DNA from: Candidatus Hydrogenedentota bacterium
GTDB lineage: Bacteria; Hydrogenedentota; Hydrogenedentia; Hydrogenedentales; SLHB01
Assembly (NCBI GenBank): GCA_034408725.1
Contig: JAWXCN010000118.1
Span: 1 to 12,125, forward strand
DNA: 12,125 nt
Direction: 5' to 3'
Shown here: positions 1 to 8,431 of the stretch, in pieces
Numbering within the stretch: the stretch's first letter is position 1
Layout of the letters: the number at the start of each line of letters is the position of its first letter
Translations under genes and position numbers: made by a program
The notes under the pieces: generated by a model
The model's input: only the letters and a program-made list of their open reading frames with translations
The model's database searches: none
Told to the model about the DNA's origin: nothing

Positions 1-2
1 AG

Positions 3-646
3 ATGGTCCAGGCGGCGCGGAGCGGGGTGCAGAATATTGCGGAGGGTAGCCAGGCGAGCGGCACGTCAAGGAAGATGGAAATAAAACTGACGAATGTTGC
101 GCGGGCGAGTCTTGAGGAGCTGCGGTTGGATTATGAGGATTTTCTGCGGCAGCGCGGGTTGAAGACGTGGCCGCGGGAAGACCCACGACGGCAGTTGTTA
201 GTAGATCGACGGCCCACAACGGCGGAGGAAGTAGCCGCGTGGGCAAAGGAAGTCCATAGGAGCGGGAGTGGCCAGAGTGGACAGAAAAAGAGTGGACGTG
301 GTGGACAGGGTGGACGTGGTGGACAGGGTGGACAGGAAAAGAGTGGACGTGGTGGACCGAGTGGACCGAGTGGACAGGAAAAGAGTGGACGTGGTGGACC
401 GAGTGGACCGAGTGGACCGAGTGGACCGAGTGGACCGAGTGAAAGGGATGAATTGTCCACAAAGTCCACAGGGTCCACCATGTCCACATTCCCTGAAATC
501 GCTGCGAACGGCGCTTTAACGCTGTTGGCCGTCGCTCGGGCTTTATTGGATCGCCAGATTCAATTCCAGGCCAAAACCTTCGAAACCGAAGGCGGCTTCA
601 CCGAACGCTTGCACCGGGTCCGTACTTCGGCGCGACGAAACCAATA

Positions 647-647
<1 letters not shown>
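3..647 (+). CDS. Four-helix-bundle protein with C-terminal 'suffix' domain (TIGR02436/TIGR04258-like, Avd/IVS-protein fold), 5' truncated by the window, with a repeat-encoded Gly/Ser/Pro insertion
   Basis: Translation has (Q)[16 protein letters not shown]...[30 protein letters not shown], typical of four-helix-bundle proteins, and C-terminal [11 protein letters not shown]...LLDRQI...[11 protein letters not shown], typical of the suffix domain. ATG at 3 is probably internal. Stop TAA 645-647 overlaps the hsdR ATG. Confidence 0.85.
267..487 (+). repeat. Intragenic 9-bp-period tandem array (16x GTGGAC) followed by an inverted block (4x GTCCAC)
   Basis: GTGGAC at 277, 292, 301, 310, 319, 328, 343, 352, 361, 370, 385, 394, 403, 412, 421, 430, plus GTGGCC at 268. 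Units (A/G)GTGGAC(AG/GT/CG) are interrupted by 6-bp (A/G)AAAAG linkers at 285, 336 and 378, with a 42-bp higher-order duplication (336-377 vs 378-419). Reverse-complement GTCCAC at 455, 464, 473, 482, also 9-bp period. Confidence 0.97.
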
Positions 648-3784
<3,137 letters not shown>

Positions 3785-3842
3785 TTTTACGACTTTTGCG
3801 TTCTTCGTATAGGCCATATACCTTGAAATTATCCTTGAATTA

Positions 3843-3878
3843 ATGGACGGAATGGACTTGACGGACGGGATGGACGTT
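3843..3878 (+). repeat. Four 9-bp tandem units with (T/C)GGAC core downstream of hsdR
   Basis: ATGGACGGA (3843) ATGGACTTG (3852) ACGGACGGG (3861) ATGGACGTT (3870): same period and core as the array at 267-437. Confidence 0.85.
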
Positions 3879-3917
3879 TAACCGTTCAATTTGACGCCAT
3901 GTAGATGCGTAGTTGGT

Positions 3918-5195
3918 TTATGTATTGGGCGAGCTTGTTGCACTGTCCATCAACGACCCAAGACTACGGTTGAAACGGAAACCCATCCTCCGGGAAACCG
4001 GTGGGTGGGGGAGCGGCGGGTTTGGCGGCTTGTTTCGGCATATTGCGCTGCGCCGCGGGTGTTGGCCGGGATGGGACGTAGATTTCGTCGTACCATTCGA
4101 GCCAACGTTCGCGTTGGAGTCCGCGGGCAGGCCGGTGATGGTGGCGAGCGCGTCGCTCGCCGTTTCGACGAGGCCGGTGCGCGCGCGCACGAGACCAATC
4201 AGGAATTCGATGGTTTCTCCGGTGCCGACGTAAGCGAGCATGCGGATGGCGATTTTGCGGGCCGAGGTGTCGGGTTCGGTGCGACCCGCGGCCGCTTCGG
4301 TGATGGCGGCGCGGGCTTCGTCCCCGCCGATCCGGGCGAGGCCGCGGTAGGATGCCGTGCGCATGTAGACCTGGGGGTGGGCCGTCATGCGGATGTATTC
4401 CCGCAGAAGGCTTTGGTCGTCGATGCCGGCGAGCGCGTCGGCGCAATAGTAGCCGAGGACCATGTCGTCACCCCAGACCTGGGCCGCGAGCAGCGCGCCG
4501 GCGCGCGTGCTTCCGATGCGGCCAAGGCAGTACGCTATCGTCATTTTTTCGATACGAAGGGCGCCGGGAGAATGGAAGCGCGCAATCAGGGGAGGTTCCA
4601 ATTCATTCTTGAGAGTGGGGAGAGTCGCATCGAGTGGCTGCGCCAAGGCCAGGTCGCCCCACCCCAGCACCGCGACCACTGCGTCGGCCAGGGCTTCCCC
4701 GGGAATATTTCCCAGCGCCTGATGGGCCGAGCTCTGGACCAGCGGATCGGCGTCCGCCAGCGCGATGATTAGTGGTGGAATTGCGTCGGGAGTGCCCATT
4801 GCCGACAAGCCTTCAACGGCCCGCATCCGGATGACCGGATCGGCCGACGCGAGCATTTGCTCAAGGGGCGCGGTAGCCGAATTTACATCGAGTAATAATG
4901 GTTTGAAGCGCGGAGGCATGGGAGTGTCTTGTAAGCCATTTTCTGGAAATAATCGGTCCAATTCTTCCAGCGTGGGAGGCCCGAGGGGTTGGAAATCGCT
5001 CGATGGAGCGGGAATGGTGTTTTGGTCCGAGGGTAGGACTGGCGCGCGAGGCACGGGAATCGATGCTGTTTCTTCACTTGAAACGTTCGGCACGGCATTG
5101 TTCGCGCTACACACGAGCACGGTAATGAAACATGCGAGAACACGCGAGAAACAGGGGGTTTGATGCGCAAGAATATGGGTATTGCCCGATTGCAT
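3918..5195 (-). CDS. Secreted or membrane-anchored HEAT (PBS-lyase-like) repeat protein; probable 1-nt frameshift near 4113, true stop likely at 3964
   Basis: Repeated HEAT motifs (LASADPVIRMRAVEGL, ALADADPLVQSSAHQALGNI, IAYCLGRIG, SYRGLARIG, IRMLAYVG), an N-terminal hydrophobic stretch (RVLACFITVLVCSA) and a Pro-rich linker. Start taken at ATG 5195 (MQSG); 5249 is an alternative. After ALATITGLPADSN the sensible continuation RERWLEWYDEIY lies in another frame ending at TAG 3964-3966. Confidence 0.8.
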   Translation of the reverse strand: MQSGNTHILAHQTPCFSRVLACFITVLVCSANNAVPNVSSEETASIPVPRAPVLPSDQNTIPAPSSDFQPLGPPTLEELDRLFPENGLQDTPMPPRFKPLLLDVNSATAPLEQMLASADPVIRMRAVEGLSAMGTPDAIPPLIIALADADPLVQSSAHQALGNIPGEALADAVVAVLGWGDLALAQPLDATLPTLKNELEPPLIARFHSPGALRIEKMTIAYCLGRIGSTRAGALLAAQVWGDDMVLGYYCADALAGIDDQSLLREYIRMTAHPQVYMRTASYRGLARIGGDEARAAITEAAAGRTEPDTSARKIAIRMLAYVGTGETIEFLIGLVRARTGLVETASDALATITGLPADSNANVGSNGTTKSTSHPGQHPRRSAICRNKPPNPPLPHPPVSRRMGFRFNRSLGSLMDSATSSPNT

Positions 5196-5270
5196 GCAAT
5201 GAGTTTGACGGAGTTCGCGCTCATTGTCAAAGTGAAAAAAATGAGACAATCGATGGATTAGGGTATGGAA

Positions 5271-5298
5271 TAGACTTTTACTGGATTTATGTTATAAT
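5271..5298 (+). promoter_or_regulatory. Sigma70-type promoter with extended -10, driving the small RNA
   Basis: -35 TAGACT 5271-5276, 16-bp spacer, TG at 5290-5291 and perfect TATAAT 5293-5298; predicted start near 5305. Confidence 0.7.
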
Positions 5299-5304
5299 AG
5301 TGCG

Positions 5305-5421
5305 ACGGAGGGGTGCCTTCCCCCAGGTAGCCCCTTCGGGTACAGTCAGCAATGACTGGTTCCCACCACCGGCGAGTGCGTCGAAGGCAGTTCCCCCGCT
5401 GCCCGCACTCGCCTCTTTTTT
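5305..5421 (+). ncRNA. Candidate structured small RNA or attenuator (~115 nt), family unassigned
   Basis: Lies between a strong promoter and a terminator. Contains CC-TTCG-GG (5333-5340), CAGTCA-GCAA-TGACTG (5343-5358, GNRA loop) and long-range pairing of 5306-5320 with 5383-5398. No credible coding frame. Confidence 0.6.
5371..5421 (+). terminator. Intrinsic terminator
   Basis: GGCGAGTGCG (5371-5380) / CGCACTCGCC (5404-5413) perfect 10-bp stem, inner GGCAG (5386-5390) / CTGCC (5399-5403), followed by TCTTTTTT (5414-5421). Confidence 0.75.
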
Positions 5422-5483
5422 GCGTCGAAAGGGTTTAGATGTTGGCGGGAGGTTAACTGCTGACATGGTATGGTAATGGTCTA

Positions 5484-5512
5484 TTGACTTTCTAGTTTCG
5501 CTTCTGTATACT
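5484..5512 (+). promoter_or_regulatory. Sigma70-type promoter for the isomerase-like gene
   Basis: TTGACT 5484-5489, 17-bp spacer, TATACT 5507-5512. Implies a ~165-nt leader before RBS AGGAGA 5672-5677 and ATG 5683. Confidence 0.7.
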
Positions 5513-5682
5513 TTGGCCACGACCGCGCTTATCTGAATCAATTCTAACATTAGCGCGCACAAGACCTTGCACCTTGCGGGCACATCAGGAAATCACCCCT
5601 GACGAATGAGCGGGGCGGAGGTGTCCCTATAGGGGATGATGTCGCAACGCTCGTGCAAATGCGGAAACTCTAGGAGATTTCA

Positions 5683-6663
5683 ATGGCTTTACGATTGTCA
5701 ACGTCCCTGGACGTGTTTAACTCGTCCCCGGATCGTTTTTGTCCGCAGGGGTTTAGGGACCCATTGCGGCCACAGGAAAAAATAGCGCTTGCCGCGAAGA
5801 TCAAGGGCATCAAAGCGATTGAGGTTAGCCAGAAGGACATAACGCCCGACTTTCCGGTGAAAGAGTTGAAGCGTATCCTCAAGGACTACAACCTTTTATC
5901 GTCCGGCGTAGTGGCGGATTTATCCGCCGACCGCAGGTTTGCCTGGGGCGCGTTTGGCCACCAGCATCCCAAAACGCGAAACGCGGCGATTGACGAAGGG
6001 CGCAAGGCAGTAGACATGGCGCGCCACCTCGCCGCTACCGAAGTGACACTGAAATTATACAGTGACGGGTTTGACTACCCGTTTCATATTGATTACACCA
6101 CGCACTGGAACACGGTCATTTCGTCGATTAAGACCATTGCGAAATACGCTTCGCCGGATATCAATGTGGCGATTGCGTATAAACCTCGCGAGCCGCGCAA
6201 GTTCGCGACCGTTTCGAGCGTTGGGAAGGCGTTGTCGTTGTGCCAGGAAATCGCGATGAAAAACGTGGGCGTGGCACTCAACTTTTCGCACGCGCTGATG
6301 GCGGGCGAAACCCCCGCGGAGTCCATAGCGTTTCTCACACGCGCGAATAAGCTGTTCACCGTATATTTCGCCGACAACTACCGTATGTGGGACGACATGA
6401 TGCTGCCGGGAAGCATTCACATGTGGGAACTGTTGGAAGCATTGTTCTATCTGAAGACGACGAAGTTCAAAGGGTGGAGCACGATAGACATGTTGCCGCA
6501 GCGTTTGGATCCTGCCCAGGCTTGCCAGATAGCGATAGGCAATATGTCGATCTTCTGGAAGAAGCTCGAGAAGCTGGACCCGAACGAGTTGCGTAAAGCG
6601 CAGAAGACATTGGATGCCGTCGAAAGCCAGCGGATTATCCGTAGAATTATGTTGCAGGGATAA
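5683..6663 (+). CDS. Xylose/rhamnose-isomerase-like TIM-barrel protein (sugar isomerase/epimerase, AP_endonuc_2 clan) with a degenerate active site
   Basis: 326 aa, good RBS. Family-like motifs DRF..G, GAF...P..R..AI, DGFDYPF, YKPREPR, FSHAL, DNYRMWDD, DMLP, and a C-terminal L..AQ...DA helix. Confidence 0.85.
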   Translation: MALRLSTSLDVFNSSPDRFCPQGFRDPLRPQEKIALAAKIKGIKAIEVSQKDITPDFPVKELKRILKDYNLLSSGVVADLSADRRFAWGAFGHQHPKTRNAAIDEGRKAVDMARHLAATEVTLKLYSDGFDYPFHIDYTTHWNTVISSIKTIAKYASPDINVAIAYKPREPRKFATVSSVGKALSLCQEIAMKNVGVALNFSHALMAGETPAESIAFLTRANKLFTVYFADNYRMWDDMMLPGSIHMWELLEALFYLKTTKFKGWSTIDMLPQRLDPAQACQIAIGNMSIFWKKLEKLDPNELRKAQKTLDAVESQRIIRRIMLQG

Positions 6664-6720
6664 GCGGTGGTGGCTTTGATGCCGCCAGATCGGCCGCTTT
6701 GACCGTCGAGTATGCATTCG

Positions 6721-6760
6721 GGGGTGTTCCACGTGGAGTGGAACACCCCGATTTTTATTT
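6721..6760 (+). terminator. Terminator-like hairpin between the isomerase-like gene and hflX, containing a parS-like sequence
   Basis: GGGGTGTTCCAC (6721-6732) / GTGGAACACCCC (6738-6749), 12-bp perfect stem with a 5-nt loop, followed by GATTTTTATTT. Confidence 0.65.
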
Positions 6761-6766
6761 AAGGAG

Positions 6767-8431
6767 TTGCATACCATTCGTGTAGAAGGAAATACCCAGG
6801 GACTCAGCGCGCTTCCCCTGCGCCGCCTGGACCGGTTGGCGACCCGCAAGACCCCGGCCTCGGGGATTATCAGCCCGGAATTCGCCCGCGCACTCACCGA
6901 AACCTCGTTGGAAATCAAGCGGCAAGTCGCCGTCCTCATTGATCGGCGGGGCCAAACGCGGGAAGTCATCGTCGGTGATGCGCGCTCTGTGCTGCTTCCG
7001 GACCTGCGCGAATACCGCCGCGGCCGGGACCGGTTAAGTGGGTTGCGTCTTATACACACCCACCTCAATGGCGAACCGCTGACGGACGATGACCTCACCG
7101 ATCTTGCGGTGCTTCGACTCGACCTGATTGCTGCGATTGAAGTGCTTGAAGACGGGTTGCCGGGCCGGGTATTTACGGCGCACCTCCTGCCCAACAATGA
7201 AGCCGGCCGCGCGTGGGAACTGGAAACCCACCGTTCGGTGCATGAACTACCCGAAGACTTCCCCCCGATGATTGAAGCGCTCGAGGCGGAATTCGCGCGC
7301 GTGCGCCAGGCGCGCACGGTGGGTGACAACCGGGACCGCGCGATTCTCGTTCACGTGTCGCAGCAGCGTCTGACGGATGCCGAAGATTCGATGCAGGAGC
7401 TCAAAGATTTATCGCGCGCGGCTGGAATTGATTGTGTACATGCAATCGTTCAGCGGCGCCCGGTCGACCCGCGGTTTGTGATGGGGCGCGGAAAATTGCA
7501 GGACGCGGTCATCAAAGCCATGCAATTGGGCGCGGAAGCGATTGTGTTTGATCAGAATCTCACGCCGGCCCAAGTGAACGCGCTCTCGGAATTTACGGAC
7601 CTCAAGGTATTGGATCGCACCCAGGTCATTCTCGACATCTTCGCGCAACGCGCGCAAACCCGGGAAGGCAAGATACAGGTGGAGCTTGCGCAACTGCGCT
7701 ATTTATTGCCGCGCCTGGGCAGCAAGCAGACGGCGCTGGCGTTTTCCCGCTTGACCGGTGGCATTGGCGGCAGGGGGCCGGGTGAGACCAAGTTGGAGAT
7801 CGATCGCCGCCGCGCACAGGAACGGGCCGCGATGTTGGAGCGGGAAGTGAAGAAACTTGGTGAGCGCCGCAAGCTGCGCCGTTCCGTGCGGTCCAAGAAG
7901 CAGATTCCAACGGTATCTATCGTGGGATACACGAACGCCGGTAAATCTACGCTCTTAAATCATCTGACCCGCAGCACGGTCGTTGCCGAAGACATTTTGT
8001 TCGCAACCTTGAATCCAGTATCGCGGCGGTTGCGGTTCCCCCAGGATCGCGAAATCATCATTACGGACACCGTCGGGTTCATCCGGAATTTACCAAAGGA
8101 ATTGATGGCGGCGTTTCGCACGACCTTGGAAGAGCTGGGCGAAGCCGACCTGCTGCTGCACGTTATCGATGCGTGCAGCGAAGGTTTTGGGGAACGAAAG
8201 AATGCCGTCGAGCAGGTCATTCAGGAATTGGGGCTGGGCGAGACTCCCGTACTCCTGGTGTTGAACAAGGCGGACCGTTGCGACCCCGTCGAATTGGAAG
8301 GGCTTGCCAGACAGACCGGGGGAATTCCAGTTTCGGCCTTGGATACAAAAACGTTTGGACCGTTAATGGTTAGAATTCAGCGGGCGTTGTGGGACGGGAT
8401 TATAAACGAGCAAGCGCCGGCGTCTTCGTAG
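6767..8431 (+). CDS. hflX: Ribosome-splitting GTPase HflX, long form with N-terminal extension; start TTG 6767 or ATT 6776
   Basis: G1 GYTNAGKS, G2 DILFATL, G3 DTVGF, G4 NKAD, G5 VSA. HflX signatures DRTQVILDIFAQRA...EGKIQVELAQLRY.LPRL and GGIGGRGPGETKLEIDRR. N-terminal GNTQGL...RLIHTH...DDL.DL...RLD extension of long HflX. Confidence 0.96.
   Translation: MHTIRVEGNTQGLSALPLRRLDRLATRKTPASGIISPEFARALTETSLEIKRQVAVLIDRRGQTREVIVGDARSVLLPDLREYRRGRDRLSGLRLIHTHLNGEPLTDDDLTDLAVLRLDLIAAIEVLEDGLPGRVFTAHLLPNNEAGRAWELETHRSVHELPEDFPPMIEALEAEFARVRQARTVGDNRDRAILVHVSQQRLTDAEDSMQELKDLSRAAGIDCVHAIVQRRPVDPRFVMGRGKLQDAVIKAMQLGAEAIVFDQNLTPAQVNALSEFTDLKVLDRTQVILDIFAQRAQTREGKIQVELAQLRYLLPRLGSKQTALAFSRLTGGIGGRGPGETKLEIDRRRAQERAAMLEREVKKLGERRKLRRSVRSKKQIPTVSIVGYTNAGKSTLLNHLTRSTVVAEDILFATLNPVSRRLRFPQDREIIITDTVGFIRNLPKELMAAFRTTLEELGEADLLLHVIDACSEGFGERKNAVEQVIQELGLGETPVLLVLNKADRCDPVELEGLARQTGGIPVSALDTKTFGPLMVRIQRALWDGIINEQAPASS

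Noticed and set aside
267-487. CRISPR array
   Set aside because: Period is 9 bp with no unique 25-45-bp spacers, the array is in-frame inside a CDS, and no cas genes are present.
131-519. ORFs 131-487 (-) and 268-519 (+) as real repeat proteins (LGP and VDR repeats)
   Set aside because: They are alternative frames of the stop-free 9-bp array inside the four-helix-bundle gene.
3891-4772. 293-aa + strand ORF
   Set aside because: Antisense shadow of the HEAT-repeat gene, which has clear repeat motifs.
5131-5150. 10-bp tandem CATGCGAGAA/CACGCGAGAA
   Set aside because: Only two imperfect copies inside the HEAT gene 5' coding region; likely incidental.
5305-5421. tRNA/tRNA-Sec, SRP RNA, 5S rRNA, ZTP or cobalamin riboswitch
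   Set aside because: No cloverleaf or GTTCRA T-loop despite ...CCCACCA; no SRP CAGG..GGAAGGAAGCAG motif; TGACTGG...CCACCGG resembles ZTP but the GTGG partner and 3' CCTGGG are absent; cobalamin core boxes are missing.
5683-6663. Naming the gene xylA or rhaI, or calling it a pseudogene
   Set aside because: Key metal ligands appear substituted, so an enzyme name is unsupported; the intact ORF, RBS and promoter argue against decay.
6055-7329. 424-aa minus-strand ORF spanning two genes
   Set aside because: Antisense to two well-supported genes, Ser/Arg-rich and without motifs.
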